From Candidatus Nanoarchaeia archaeon (lineage in GTDB: Archaea > Nanobdellota > Nanobdellia > SCGC-AAA011-G17 > JACPNG01), in NCBI GenBank assembly GCA_028714375.1, contig JAQTMK010000001.1, positions 243,636-307,635 of the forward strand: a stretch of DNA of 64,000 nucleotides, given 5' to 3'. The translations under genes and the position numbers were made by a program. This document shows, piece by piece, positions 38,102 to 48,368 of this stretch; within the stretch, counting starts at the first letter, position 1, and each line of letters opens with the position of its first letter. A model generated the notes under the pieces. That model searched no databases. It was not told the origin of the DNA and worked only from the letters and a program-made list of their open reading frames with translations.

Positions 38102-39073
38102 TTAACTGGCACAGCCAGCATCAGCTGCTGCGTTTCCAGTTACACTATATCCAAAACCCGCTGAAGGAGTTTCTGAACTAAGTTTTGTGTTACATTCCTC
38201 TGGTGTTGTGTTGAAAGCACTACAGATTGTTGCAAGTAAACTTTCTGAATCTCTTGCACTCTTGACAACTGCACCGTTTATAACCAATGTTGGGCTTCCC
38301 TGTACACCATACTTAGTATTTTCTTCCTTGTAGATGTTAAACTGTGGATAAGTTCCACCAGACCAACTTGTTTTGTCTTCAAAGTTCTTAGTTATGTCAA
38401 ATTCAGTATCTGCTTTATCTTCACAAGCTTTTAACTTAGTTTTGTCAATTCCAACTTTGTCTAAACAGGTTTCTGTTGTGTCCCCTTTATCTAAGAAACA
38501 GGTTAAGTAATCAAAGTATTTATCATTGAACTCTTCCTGTATACAGTATTGTCTTAGTTGCTCATAAACTTCTTTTTCACCATGCATCGCATAGTCTACA
38601 AATTTAATCTTGAAGTCAATCTTGTCTTTTAATGTCTCAGCAACAGGAATTATTCCTTTTTCAATTTGGGTTCCATAAGGACAATGGCTCATGACAAATA
38701 ATTCTACAACGGGTTTATCTGATTTGGTGATTCCAGTAACTTCTGTTTCTTCAGGTGTTGATTCGGTTTCAACCATTTCAATTCCCTGGGGCAGTAATAA
38801 TGTTCCATCTTTTGTTACATAGGATTCATATTTACTTCCACCAATATCCATATTAAATTTATATAAAGATCCTTCATCACTTGAACTTACAATTGTTGCA
38901 GTTCCTTGACCTTTTAAAACTTCAGTGTTAATGTAGTTAATTGCTTTAGTTACTGCATCTTCTTTTGAGATTTTAGCTTTGCTAAAACCATCAGTAGTTA
39001 TAGAAGCAACAAGTAAAATAGCAAGAATAACTATTAACACTCTTTCAGCAATCATAATAGCTCTTCTGTTCAT
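38102..39073 (-). CDS. Secreted or anchored thioredoxin-fold protein (DsbA-like thiol-disulfide oxidoreductase candidate)
   Basis: N-terminal TM/signal; an internal CPYG motif (ELFVMSHCPYGTQ) in a thioredoxin-like context. Confidence 0.5.
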   Translation of the reverse strand: MNRRAIMIAERVLIVILAILLVASITTDGFSKAKISKEDAVTKAINYINTEVLKGQGTATIVSSSDEGSLYKFNMDIGGSKYESYVTKDGTLLLPQGIEMVETESTPEETEVTGITKSDKPVVELFVMSHCPYGTQIEKGIIPVAETLKDKIDFKIKFVDYAMHGEKEVYEQLRQYCIQEEFNDKYFDYLTCFLDKGDTTETCLDKVGIDKTKLKACEDKADTEFDITKNFEDKTSWSGGTYPQFNIYKEENTKYGVQGSPTLVINGAVVKSARDSESLLATICSAFNTTPEECNTKLSSETPSAGFGYSVTGNAAADAGCAS

Positions 39074-39252
39074 GTAAATCCCTCCCTAAATGATATCTTA
39101 AAAATCAATTAACACTTTAAATACATTTTGGTAGTTTCAAATAGGATTGTTTCATTTAATTTTTAGATGAATTTTTCATATTTTCTGGAAATCTTCCTAT
39201 TTTTCCTCGTAAATCCTTATAAAGAAAATAAGTTATAATAATCTAACCTAAA

Positions 39253-39684
39253 ATGAGACTTACAGCAAGAGAAATTCTAATCCTGAAAGAGTTAAGGAAA
39301 AACTCCAGATCTTCACTAGTTGAGTTATCAGATGCAACCGGTTATCCGATGAGTACCATTTTCTATAAGCTAAAAAAATTAAATTGTTTAATTGATAAAC
39401 ACACTTCCTTGATTAATTTTGATTCACTGAATTATTTAAAAGTTAATTTTATATTAAACTCAAAAAATAACATAAAAGATTTCTTAACTGAAAATAAAAA
39501 TCTAAATAATGCCTCAAAAATCACAAACGGATATCTAGTCCAAGGTGTTTTTAAAAATCTAAAAGAAGTGGATAGTTTTATTGAAGAACTTGCAAACTTG
39601 GATATTGAAGTTATTGAAAGGCACGATATCATTGAAACAATCCAGCAGGAAGAATTCTTAGTTAAAAAAATAGATTTTGAATAA
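39253..39684 (+). CDS. Lrp/AsnC-family transcriptional regulator
   Basis: N-terminal HTH_AsnC (ILKELRKNSRSSLVELSDATGYPMSTIFYKLKKL) and a C-terminal RAM-like domain. Confidence 0.7.
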   Translation: MRLTAREILILKELRKNSRSSLVELSDATGYPMSTIFYKLKKLNCLIDKHTSLINFDSLNYLKVNFILNSKNNIKDFLTENKNLNNASKITNGYLVQGVFKNLKEVDSFIEELANLDIEVIERHDIIETIQQEEFLVKKIDFE

Positions 39685-39687
39685 ATA

Positions 39688-39759
39688 TGCACCGGCTGGG
39701 AATCGAACCCAGATCAACAGCTTGGAAGGCTGCTATGTTAACCGTTGCACTACCGGTGC
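39688..39759 (-). tRNA. tRNA-Gly (anticodon TCC)
   Basis: Minus-strand GCACCGG...CCGGTGC-A acceptor; T arm CTGGGTTCGATTCCCAG; anticodon loop CTTCCAA. Confidence 0.8.
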
Positions 39760-39808
39760 ATATGAAAACCTCAAATTAGTTGAATTATAAACTTTTCTAT
39801 TAGAATTT

Positions 39809-40450
39809 TTAATACCCAACCTTCCTAAATCCTTCCTTAATATCACTTCTTTTCCAGCCTTTTTTTAGCAGGTTTATTTTAGCAATTCTTTTTTCAAGAT
39901 GAAGTTTTTTGCATTTATTTAGGTAATCTGTTAATTCCTCAAGATTTTTGCTTTGTTTAGGAGTTAGATCAATAAACACCTTTCTTTGGTCCCACAAAAC
40001 ATCATCGTAAGCATATTCAATTTGTTTTTTTGTCCAGCCCTTTTCAGCCAATTTTAATGTGATTTCTTTTAGTTTAATTCCATTACCTATTTCTTTCTTG
40101 ACAAAACTCTTAAGATTATCATAGTCTTTTATTGTTGTGTATGGACTTTTTCCTTTGGTTAACTCTCTTAGGTCTTTTCTGCCCTTATATAAATTGAAAT
40201 AAATCAAACCAACAATTAATAAAACTAAAACAATTATGATTAACCAATATGGGAATTTATTTTCTTTAAAACAGTCTTCAGGGCAGATAATTTCATCCTC
40301 AATAGGGCTGGTACATACATTGTCTCCGCAGTAAGCATTAGTATTATCCACAGCCTGCATCCCAATATAACTTGGACTGAAAAATACAAAAAATCCAACA
40401 AACAAAACTAAACTAATTATTATTACTAAATCAGACCTGTGAATTTCCAT
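39809..40450 (-). CDS. Membrane protein with a Cys-rich extracellular segment, hypothetical
   Basis: N-terminal TM, CGDNVCTSPIEDEIICPEDC cluster, second TM; 213 aa. Confidence 0.5.
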   Translation of the reverse strand: MEIHRSDLVIIISLVLFVGFFVFFSPSYIGMQAVDNTNAYCGDNVCTSPIEDEIICPEDCFKENKFPYWLIIIVLVLLIVGLIYFNLYKGRKDLRELTKGKSPYTTIKDYDNLKSFVKKEIGNGIKLKEITLKLAEKGWTKKQIEYAYDDVLWDQRKVFIDLTPKQSKNLEELTDYLNKCKKLHLEKRIAKINLLKKGWKRSDIKEGFRKVGY

Positions 40451-40523
40451 TGAAATTATAGTCCAAAATTAATATTTAAATCTATCCAAAACCTTTTTAA
40501 ATGCTCTAAAACTCCAAAAATCT

Positions 40524-41399
40524 ATGAAAATAACAGAGTTTTATTTTAAAAATCAGAAGAAACTAACAATTATACCGTTGATATTAATTATCCTAAGTGT
40601 TATTATCCTAACAAATTCTTATATTCAAACCGGAGATATAATGAAGAAAGATGTTACCTTAACCGGTGGAGCAACAGCAACCATATATACAGATAAAGAT
40701 ACATCTAATCTAATTCCAGAGCTTGAAAAAAGATTCAATACAGATTTTGTTTTTAGAAAACTAACTGATTTTGGAAGCGACAAACAAAAAGGATTTTCAA
40801 TTGAAGGTAAAGTAGATTCTATGGAATTTAAGAATGCAATATCTGAAATAATGGGATTAGAGCTTACAAGTGAAAATTCTTCATTTGAAGAAACCGGTTC
40901 TAGTCTTGGTTCAAGCTTCTACAAACAAATGATAATTGCAATCTTATTTGCTTTTCTTTTTATGGGAATTGTTGTTTTCATAACCTTCAGAAACCCAATT
41001 GCAAGTTTGATAGTTCTTTTCTCTGGTGTTTTTGACATGCTTGTTAATTTAGCAATCATAAATCTTTTGGGAATAAGAGTCTCAACAGCAGGGATTTCAG
41101 CTTTGCTATTAATCATTGGATATGGAATTGATACAGATATTTTACTTACAACAAAAGTGTTTAAAAGAAGAGAAGGTTCAATAAACGAAAGGACGCTTGC
41201 TTCAATAAAAACTGGATTAACAATGACCGCAACAACAATGGTCGCATTGTTATTTGGTTATTTCCTTTCCAGCTCATTTGTTATTAAAGAAATGTTTTTG
41301 ATTATTATGATAGGATTAATTATAGATGTTATTGGGACATACTCGGTTAACTCATACTTAATAAATTGGTACACAAGGAAGAAATTTAAAGATGAATAA
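40524..41399 (+). CDS. secF: Protein-export membrane protein SecF
   Basis: 291 aa with six-TM SecDF topology; immediately followed by and overlapping secD (archaeal secF-secD order). Confidence 0.8.
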   Translation: MKITEFYFKNQKKLTIIPLILIILSVIILTNSYIQTGDIMKKDVTLTGGATATIYTDKDTSNLIPELEKRFNTDFVFRKLTDFGSDKQKGFSIEGKVDSMEFKNAISEIMGLELTSENSSFEETGSSLGSSFYKQMIIAILFAFLFMGIVVFITFRNPIASLIVLFSGVFDMLVNLAIINLLGIRVSTAGISALLLIIGYGIDTDILLTTKVFKRREGSINERTLASIKTGLTMTATTMVALLFGYFLSSSFVIKEMFLIIMIGLIIDVIGTYSVNSYLINWYTRKKFKDE

Positions 41400-43122
41400 A
41401 CTAAAGAATTTAGGAGTCAGAATCTGGATTTTAATCTTTTGTTTAATTATATGTATATTGGCAATTGCTCCAAAACCCTGGGCAACCGGAGTTGAGATTA
41501 AATCTGTAATCCCAGGAACAATATATTCAGAACAAAACTTGGCAGAGGGAGAAAAAATATTGGCAATCAACGGAGTGGATATTTCAACCCTCGAAGAATA
41601 TGCTGAAGCAGTGAAATATTTAGATAAATCTGCTGTAAAGTTAAATATAAAAACCGATTTGAAAGAGTATACTTATGAATCTGTTCAGGATATAGGGTTT
41701 GTATCAGAAAACCTTACCGTAACCTCCAGTAAATTCGTAGATAAGAATGCAATCATTATAAGCATAAATAATCAGGAAGTTAAAACTCAGGAAGATTTGG
41801 ATAAAATTGAAAAAGAATTATTTTCTAAAGAAAAATTAGTCATTAAGACAAATAAAAAAGAAGTTGCATTACTGGCAAGAGGATTGCCACAAATTACTGT
41901 AACAAAAGCAAAAACCTCAAACCTAATCAAAGGACTTGATTTGCAGGGTGGAACAAGAGCCTTATTAAGACCGGTTGGAGAAGATATCCAGCAAAAAGAC
42001 ATTGAGGATTTAATATCTGTCTTGACAAACAGATTAAATGTTTATGGTTTAACTGATATGACAATTAGACAGGCATCAGATTTAAACGGACAAAAATATG
42101 TTCTTGTTGAAATTGCAGATGTAACTTCAGATGAAATCTCTAACCTAATAAAACAACAGGGTAAATTTGAAGCTAAAATCGGAGATCAGATTATATTTGA
42201 GGGTGGAAAAGAAGATATTCCATTTGTATGTAGGGATGATGGTTCTTGTGCAGGAATAAGAAATTGTGAAGAAGCTGAAGATGGTTATTACTGTACATTT
42301 GAATTTTCAATAAGATTAAGTCAAGATGCAGCAAAAAAACAAGCAGAAGTAACCAAAAATCTAAATGTTATCTTAGAAAATGGTAAGGAATACTTAGATA
42401 AAAATCTTGACTTTTATTTAGATGGAAGGTTGGTTGACTCATTAAGAATATCTGAAGGTCTTAAGGGAGTTGCAACTCAGGATATAGCAATTTCTGGACC
42501 CGGATATGGAGCAACAGAAGCAGATGCATTTGGGGCAGCAACTTATAATATGAATAATCTCCAGACAATCCTGATTACAGGTTCTCTGCCTTATGAAATA
42601 AAAGTTGAAAAACTGGATTCAATCTCTCCAATACTTGGAAAGGATTTTGTTAGAAATGCAATATTGGTAGGGATTTTAGCATTTATTGGAGTCTCATTAG
42701 TTATCTATTGGAGATACAGATCCTACAAAATTTTAATCCCGGTTATGATTATTTTATTCAGTGAGGTATTGATGACTTTGGGTGTGGCAGCAATGATTAA
42801 ATGGAATCTTGATATTGTTTCAATTGCAGGAATTATTGCGGCAGTTGGTACAGGAGTAGACGACCAAATTGTTATGATTGATGAAATTATGAAAGGAGAC
42901 AAGGAAGAAAGATATTATAGTTGGAAAGAGAAGATAAAAAGATCATTCTTTATTATTACAGCAGCATATGCTACTACAGTAGCAGCAATGATACCTTTGA
43001 TCTGGGCCGGTGCTGGATTGGTTAAAGGATTTGCAGTTACCACAATTATCGGAGTATCAATCGGAGTATTCATAACAAGACCAGCATTTGCAGTCATCGC
43101 AGAGAAAATTCTAAAAAAGTAA
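41392..43122 (+). CDS. secD: Protein-export membrane protein SecD
   Basis: 576 aa; N-terminal TM, large periplasmic-type domain, C-terminal SecD/SecF TM bundle (GIIAAVGTGVDDQIV). Confidence 0.8.
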   Translation: MNKLKNLGVRIWILIFCLIICILAIAPKPWATGVEIKSVIPGTIYSEQNLAEGEKILAINGVDISTLEEYAEAVKYLDKSAVKLNIKTDLKEYTYESVQDIGFVSENLTVTSSKFVDKNAIIISINNQEVKTQEDLDKIEKELFSKEKLVIKTNKKEVALLARGLPQITVTKAKTSNLIKGLDLQGGTRALLRPVGEDIQQKDIEDLISVLTNRLNVYGLTDMTIRQASDLNGQKYVLVEIADVTSDEISNLIKQQGKFEAKIGDQIIFEGGKEDIPFVCRDDGSCAGIRNCEEAEDGYYCTFEFSIRLSQDAAKKQAEVTKNLNVILENGKEYLDKNLDFYLDGRLVDSLRISEGLKGVATQDIAISGPGYGATEADAFGAATYNMNNLQTILITGSLPYEIKVEKLDSISPILGKDFVRNAILVGILAFIGVSLVIYWRYRSYKILIPVMIILFSEVLMTLGVAAMIKWNLDIVSIAGIIAAVGTGVDDQIVMIDEIMKGDKEERYYSWKEKIKRSFFIITAAYATTVAAMIPLIWAGAGLVKGFAVTTIIGVSIGVFITRPAFAVIAEKILKK

Positions 43123-43167
43123 AATATTTAAACTAATCTTATTATATATTTTCCAGAGGTGATATTA

Positions 43168-43335
43168 ATGGATGAAATAATGATTGCTCTTTATGTGGTT
43201 CTTGGTGCTGTGGTAGGTATGATATACGGATTGAGAAGAATATTTATTCTTGAAAAAAGAATCTTGTTACTGGACGCAAAAATATCAAGACTACTAGGAG
43301 AAAAAACACATATCAAAAAGAAAAAGAGAAGATAA
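43168..43335 (+). CDS. Small membrane protein (55 aa), hypothetical
   Basis: Not on the ORF track. GAGGTGAT ribosome-binding site upstream; hydrophobic IMIALYVVLGAVVGMIYGL, then a basic tail. Confidence 0.3.
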   Translation: MDEIMIALYVVLGAVVGMIYGLRRIFILEKRILLLDAKISRLLGEKTHIKKKKRR

Positions 43336-44037
43336 TTAATATTCTTTTCTTGCTTCTCTTAGGTTTGAATCTGTTCCAACATCAAACCATTTTCCTTCAA
43401 ACTTATGTATATAAACCTCATTCTTATCCTTGAAATAATTTATTAGATGCCCTAAATCATTTCCATCTTTTTCCTGTATAAAAGAATCAACGAACTTAAT
43501 GGATTCTTTAGGTAAATAATAACAGGCAGTACTTATCAAGGTACTTTCTGCTTTTTCAGGTTTTTCCTCAAGTTTTTTTATCTTGTCTCCTTCAATCTCT
43601 ACAACCCCATAATTTACTGCTTCATCTATGTCTTTGATGTCATAAACTCCAATCTTGATCTTGTTTTTTTCATTAACCAGAGAATGCAAACTGAAATTAA
43701 ATAAATTGTCAGAGCCAACCACCAATAGATTATCATTGAGATTTTTGTTTTTAATCAGGAAATTCAAAGAACCAACAGCACCCAACTGTTCCTTTTTATC
43801 TTTAGTCAAGTCGCTTATGATTTCTACTTTTGGATCATTAAACCAGGCCTGATACAGTTTTTTATATTTTTCATTGGTAACCAGATAAATCCTGTCTACT
43901 CCCCTTAGTTCTCTTATCCTGTCTATTATATGCCCAACAATGGGTTTATCCTTAATCAAAATTAGGCCTTTAGGTCTATCTCTCATTAAAAGAAATTTTC
44001 TTCCAGAATAACCAGCTGCTAATATGACAGCTTTCAT
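43336..44037 (-). CDS. Sugar-phosphate nucleotidyltransferase
   Basis: N-terminal MKAVILAAGYSGRKFLLMRDRPKGLILI resembles the G-x-G-x-R pyrophosphorylase motif. Confidence 0.65.
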   Translation of the reverse strand: MKAVILAAGYSGRKFLLMRDRPKGLILIKDKPIVGHIIDRIRELRGVDRIYLVTNEKYKKLYQAWFNDPKVEIISDLTKDKKEQLGAVGSLNFLIKNKNLNDNLLVVGSDNLFNFSLHSLVNEKNKIKIGVYDIKDIDEAVNYGVVEIEGDKIKKLEEKPEKAESTLISTACYYLPKESIKFVDSFIQEKDGNDLGHLINYFKDKNEVYIHKFEGKWFDVGTDSNLREARKEY

Positions 44038-44117
44038 GACTTTTTATAGGATAATAATATATTTAAGGTTTGTTGTATAACTTTAGTGTAATTCTAGAAA
44101 ATATTAAATTTGAGTAG

Positions 44118-45569
44118 TCAATTTATGATTAAAGGATATTTCTCATCCAGCTCTTCTAGGGCAAATTGCAGCTTTTTTGAAGACTCAGCATACATAGTGA
44201 ATAATGGTTGTTTTTTGCTTACTTTGTGGCCTTTTTTGACATTTAAGTATATCCCAGCCCCTTTGTCTTCAGGGCTTCCAAGTATTCTCGCTAACTTGGA
44301 TAACCTACCATTGTCAATCTCAGTAACAGCCCCAGATTTATTTGATTCAATTATTTTGAAATATTTTCCAACTTTTAACCTATGTACATTTTTTCCCTGA
44401 GCTCGAATTATTTGTTTCATTTTTTCATAGGCTTTACCAGAATCTAAAATTTCCATAACTTTTTCTTTTGCATTTTTAACACCTGCCAACTTTAATAATT
44501 CAGTAGACAGAAATATTGATTTATCCATCAAATCTTTGGGACCATCTCCTTTTAAAACATTCAAAACATCTATGGCTTCCAGAACAGGGCCAATTCCATT
44601 ACCAACTGGCTGAGACCCGTCTGTAAATACAACTTTGATTTTCATTCCAAGCATTCTGCCAATTTTAATAAATCTTCTTTTTAGCACTCTCGCTGATTTT
44701 TTATCTCTGATTTTAGCAGTTTTTCCTATTGGAATATCAATAATGACATATTTAGCATTTACAGATTTTTTCTTTGATAAAATACTAGATAGCAGCATAG
44801 GTTGGATATCTAACATCAAGAATCTTTCAACTCTTATTATCGACTGGTCAGCATTAGCCAATTCCAAAGCTCCCCCCCACACTAAACAGGCATTTGTTTT
44901 TTTAATAACTTTCATAATTTTCTCTTTGCTTAAGGAAACATCAGCCAAGGTTTCCATTGTGTCTGCAGTTCCAGAAGGACTTGTTATAGATCTTGTTGAG
45001 GTTTTAGGCATGATATATCCTGCAGATGCAATTATTGGTGCCATAATCATTGAAGTCCTGTTTCCAGGAATACCACCAATACAATGTTTATCCAAAACTT
45101 TCTTATCTCCAAAACTCAATGTCTTTCCGCTCTTTAACATAGCATTTGTCAGATGGACTACTTCCCGGTCATCCATTCCTTTTGCATAACATCCAGAAAT
45201 AAAATAAGCAATTTCAGCCTCGTTTAATTCATTTTTTGTGATTTCTTTTATTATTCTTTCAATTTCCTCTTTGTTTAATTTTTTTCCTCTTAATTTTTTT
45301 TCAATATATTCAATCCCCCTTGGTTTTGCAGTTGTTTTTACATCAATCAAATTCCCGGGTTTTAATTTTAATTCTCTTAAACTTTCTTCAAACAAACCAA
45401 TAGTTCCGCTGCCAATTCCTTTGTGGGAAATATTTACTATAACTTTTGTTCCTTTGATATCTATCCTGTCGTTGGCAGAAACATCTAATCTCTTTGCATC
45501 TTCTTTGCTCAGGACAGCAACTAATACATGACCTGTAGAAAGTCCTACCTCTTTTACCTTTAACTTCAT
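44118..45569 (-). CDS. AMP phosphorylase / archaeal thymidine-phosphorylase family
   Basis: 483 aa with an N-terminal extension plus a glycosyl-transferase family 3 core (HCIGGIPGNRTS...ASAG...); matches the archaeal AMPpase (DeoA-like) layout. Confidence 0.7.
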   Translation of the reverse strand: MKLKVKEVGLSTGHVLVAVLSKEDAKRLDVSANDRIDIKGTKVIVNISHKGIGSGTIGLFEESLRELKLKPGNLIDVKTTAKPRGIEYIEKKLRGKKLNKEEIERIIKEITKNELNEAEIAYFISGCYAKGMDDREVVHLTNAMLKSGKTLSFGDKKVLDKHCIGGIPGNRTSMIMAPIIASAGYIMPKTSTRSITSPSGTADTMETLADVSLSKEKIMKVIKKTNACLVWGGALELANADQSIIRVERFLMLDIQPMLLSSILSKKKSVNAKYVIIDIPIGKTAKIRDKKSARVLKRRFIKIGRMLGMKIKVVFTDGSQPVGNGIGPVLEAIDVLNVLKGDGPKDLMDKSIFLSTELLKLAGVKNAKEKVMEILDSGKAYEKMKQIIRAQGKNVHRLKVGKYFKIIESNKSGAVTEIDNGRLSKLARILGSPEDKGAGIYLNVKKGHKVSKKQPLFTMYAESSKKLQFALEELDEKYPLIIN

Positions 45570-45599
45570 ACTATTATCTTGGAATTTATATATTTAAAT

Positions 45600-46121
45600 T
45601 TAATGTTTTATTTCTTCTAGGTATTTCTTCCTTAATTCAAGAAAAAATTTCTTAACAAAATCCTGTTTAAAATCTGGGAAAGTATGTTTAAAATCAAAGA
45701 CCTCATTTTTTCCAAACACGTAAATCATATCTGCATAAATTCCTTTTCTTAGATAAACCCTGTGAGGTCTTGGCTTTGCACTAGGCAATATCAGATGTTC
45801 AGCATTCAGATAACCAGGATCAAGATTAAAAATTCTTTTCCCATTAATGGAATATTTATTTTCTAATTTGTTTGTAAATAATTTTACTTTAACAATCTCT
45901 TCAGGATCAATCAAATCCCTGAAAATAATAAACTTCTTTTTTAAATCTGTTCCAATCTCATCAGTGTAATAATCTGTAAAATTAAAAGAAAATTCATCAG
46001 AGATAGACTCAATCTTTCCAAATTTTTTCTCAAGTCTTTTTAGGATTACCTCAACCTCTTTCATATCCCTGTGGGTCATACCACAAAATAATTTTACTTT
46101 TTTAGGTCTTAAAGGTTTCAT
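45600..46121 (-). CDS. Hypothetical conserved protein
   Basis: 173 aa ORF; no confident motif. Confidence 0.45.
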   Translation of the reverse strand: MKPLRPKKVKLFCGMTHRDMKEVEVILKRLEKKFGKIESISDEFSFNFTDYYTDEIGTDLKKKFIIFRDLIDPEEIVKVKLFTNKLENKYSINGKRIFNLDPGYLNAEHLILPSAKPRPHRVYLRKGIYADMIYVFGKNEVFDFKHTFPDFKQDFVKKFFLELRKKYLEEIKH

Positions 46122-46375
46122 CCCTTTGAGAAGTAAGTTGAAAGATCAATCTTACCCATCAATTCCTGCTGTCTTTTAGCTGCTTCTGCTGCTTTAGATA
46201 ATGGCTCGTTGGATTGTGCTGCTGCTGTTGTTTTAGGAGCATCAATTCCGATTTCATTAAAGCCTTCTGTTAAGGGTTTATTATTTTCTCTGTTATATTT
46301 TGCCCTTTCAAGGATTTTGATTGCCTTACCTAAATCAGATAAGCTGTCGTTTTGTATGTCAACTACTAGTTTCAT
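46118..46375 (-). CDS. Hypothetical small protein
   Basis: 85 aa; coupled (4-nt overlap) to the downstream gene. Confidence 0.4.
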   Translation of the reverse strand: MKLVVDIQNDSLSDLGKAIKILERAKYNRENNKPLTEGFNEIGIDAPKTTAAAQSNEPLSKAAEAAKRQQELMGKIDLSTYFSKG

Positions 46376-46428
46376 AACAACTTTTTATTAAAACTTATTT
46401 AAATTGTTTTCGTTACTGCAGTCTTACT

Positions 46429-46647
46429 TTATTTCTTTTTTTTGTCTTGAGATCTTTTCGGTTTGGAAAAGAATAAAACATATATCAAAGGCAGTATACC
46501 TACTGTGTTTAGTACCATTAAGGCTATAAACCAGGCAGTATGCTTGTTATTTGCTGCTTTCCATAGCCCTATACCTCTTATAATAAGATCCCATACAACT
46601 AACAATATGATTAATACCCAAATGATTGGGGCAATTCCATAGTACAT
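46429..46647 (-). CDS. Small membrane protein (2 TM)
   Basis: 72 aa; hydrophobic IIWVLIILLVVWDLII and FIALMVLNTVGILPLIYVLFF. Confidence 0.45.
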   Translation of the reverse strand: MYYGIAPIIWVLIILLVVWDLIIRGIGLWKAANNKHTAWFIALMVLNTVGILPLIYVLFFSKPKRSQDKKKK

Positions 46648-46689
46648 AATATCACCTCTAAATAATATATATTTTATTAATATTTAAAC

Positions 46690-46968
46690 CTATTTCTTTT
46701 TTAGTTTTGCAACGGTTTTTTTAAAAGCTTCAATCTGCTTTTCACTTAAAACTCCATAAGCAAGATATTTTTTCTTAATATCCCTTAAAAAAGAATTTTC
46801 TTCATAGAATTTCTTGTCAATATCAAACATCTTCTTGAATTTAGGATCTTCAATGTCATCATTAATTTGTTTCATCTCGCATTGGACACAGATTGGAAAT
46901 CTTTTTCCATAAGTCATTATAACCATGTTCTTCTTACACAATCCACATCTTTGTTTGTATTTTACCAT
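46690..46968 (-). CDS. Zinc-ribbon small protein
   Basis: 92 aa; CGLC...CVQC pattern. Confidence 0.45.
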   Translation of the reverse strand: MVKYKQRCGLCKKNMVIMTYGKRFPICVQCEMKQINDDIEDPKFKKMFDIDKKFYEENSFLRDIKKKYLAYGVLSEKQIEAFKKTVAKLKKK

Positions 46969-47603
46969 TATCTAAAAATTTCATAAATATAGAATGTTGC
47001 ATCGTTTAAATTATTTTTGATTCTAAGGGTTGTTTTTATTTTATGTCTAAATCCTTGTTTTTTGATACATTCATTTAAAATATCTAATCTTCCGAATGAA
47101 GCATACGCAAGTATTATTTTACCACCTTCTTTTAAGTAGTTTCCGACTTCTTTAAAAAACCTTTGAAGTAGTCTAGCATCTTTATCAAAAGTTGCAATTT
47201 CTAGAAGGTCTTTAGCCTCCTTTTCAGGATTAAACGGAATGTTAAAAATAATTATATCAAATTTACCATTAATGTTCTCAAAAAGATTACTCTTAATTAC
47301 TTCGATTTTATTTTCTAATCCTAATCGTTTAACATTTAGCCTTGCACATTCTACTGCCCTGTCCAGAATATCCGCAGCAATTACTTTTTTTGCATTTTTT
47401 GAAGCTACAATAGCTAGTATGCCTGAACCAGTTCCCATATCAAGAACCACTGCATTTCGGGATATATCTAAATTTTTAGCTAAGAACTCAGAATCAAAGT
47501 AGTAAAAAACTTCAGGCAGGATTTTAAGTTTTAAACCTTCAAATTCAACCCAATACTCTCCCTTCTCTTTTAGGTGTTTAACAACTAGGTCGGTCCTGTT
47601 CAT
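46968..47603 (-). CDS. SAM-dependent methyltransferase (HemK/PrmC-like, N5-glutamine/N6-adenine type)
   Basis: SAM motif I DMGTGSGILAI and motif IV NIPFNP (NPPY-like). Confidence 0.65.
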   Translation of the reverse strand: MNRTDLVVKHLKEKGEYWVEFEGLKLKILPEVFYYFDSEFLAKNLDISRNAVVLDMGTGSGILAIVASKNAKKVIAADILDRAVECARLNVKRLGLENKIEVIKSNLFENINGKFDIIIFNIPFNPEKEAKDLLEIATFDKDARLLQRFFKEVGNYLKEGGKIILAYASFGRLDILNECIKKQGFRHKIKTTLRIKNNLNDATFYIYEIFR

Positions 47604-47613
47604 TTTAAAATAC

Positions 47614-47697
47614 GCCGAGGCTGGGATTTGAACCCAGATATCCTTGCGGAAACAGGATTAGCAATCCTGCGCAGTACCAGGTTGTGCCACCTCGGCA
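47614..47697 (-). tRNA. tRNA-Ser (anticodon GCT)
   Basis: Minus-strand GCCGAGG acceptor; anticodon arm CAGGATTGCTAATCCTG; long variable arm (TTTCCGCAAGGATATC) typical of tRNA-Ser; T arm CTGGGTTCAAATCCCAG. Coordinates within about 2 nt. Confidence 0.75.
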
Positions 47698-47731
47698 ACA
47701 AGAAAAAGAACCTTAAGTTTATTTATAAGGT

Positions 47732-47998
47732 TTACTCCTTCCTGTTTTTATATAAAAAATAGCTAATAACTACAGATAAGGTTCCGATTAAACCAGTAGC
47801 ATTTGCAGCAATTATTGGGATGTTGTTTATAGAAAGTCCATAGATTAACCACACACCAACTCCAATTGTAAATATTGAGTAAGTTATTAATGAAACATCT
47901 GCAGAACTTTTTCTTTTTAAGATTTTATAGGTTTGTGCAAAATGACCAAAACTCATAATCACCCCCATAAAGGTTGTGAGTCCCTCTAAGAAAATCAT
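47732..47998 (-). CDS. SemiSWEET/PQ-loop-like small 3-TM membrane protein
   Basis: 88 aa, three hydrophobic helices, FAQTYKI motif resembling the PQ-loop. Confidence 0.45.
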   Translation of the reverse strand: MIFLEGLTTFMGVIMSFGHFAQTYKILKRKSSADVSLITYSIFTIGVGVWLIYGLSINNIPIIAANATGLIGTLSVVISYFLYKNRKE

Positions 47999-48225
47999 TT
48001 TTCAGCTCTTTTGATCATTGGTTTTTTTAGGGCTATGAAAACTCCCCCGTCTTTTCCTTTCACAAAAGTTATCTCCCCTTTTTTTATTATTTTAGAAATC
48101 TCTCTGCCTTCAATATCCAGATGAGTAACAGAAGCATTTGATTTTCCTTTTTCATGGACATAAACCTTAATGCCCTTTAACAATTTTTTACCTTCACCAG
48201 GACCTGACATGATAATAAAAAACAC
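47995..48225 (-). CDS. Hypothetical small basic protein
   Basis: 76 aa; overlaps the upstream gene by 4 nt. Confidence 0.4.
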   Translation of the reverse strand: MFFIIMSGPGEGKKLLKGIKVYVHEKGKSNASVTHLDIEGREISKIIKKGEITFVKGKDGGVFIALKKPMIKRAEK

Positions 48226-48288
48226 TCTCCTTATTTAAAATTTTTGATTCAAAACCTTTAAAAACAGCCAAGAAGTACTAAACCATAT

Positions 48289-48363
48289 AGCGGGATAGAG
48301 CAGCCAGGAGTGCTCGTCGGGCCCATAACCCGGAGGTCGGTGGTTCAAATCCACCTCCCGCTA
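48289..48363 (+). tRNA. tRNA-Met (anticodon CAT), initiator-type
   Basis: AGCGGGA/TCCCGCT acceptor with an A1:U72 pair; anticodon stem with three consecutive G:C pairs (GGG/CCC) flanking the CCCATAA loop; T arm GGTGGTTCAAATCCACC. A1:U72 plus the GGG/CCC stem are hallmarks of the archaeal initiator. Confidence 0.75.
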
Positions 48364-48368
48364 TTCTT

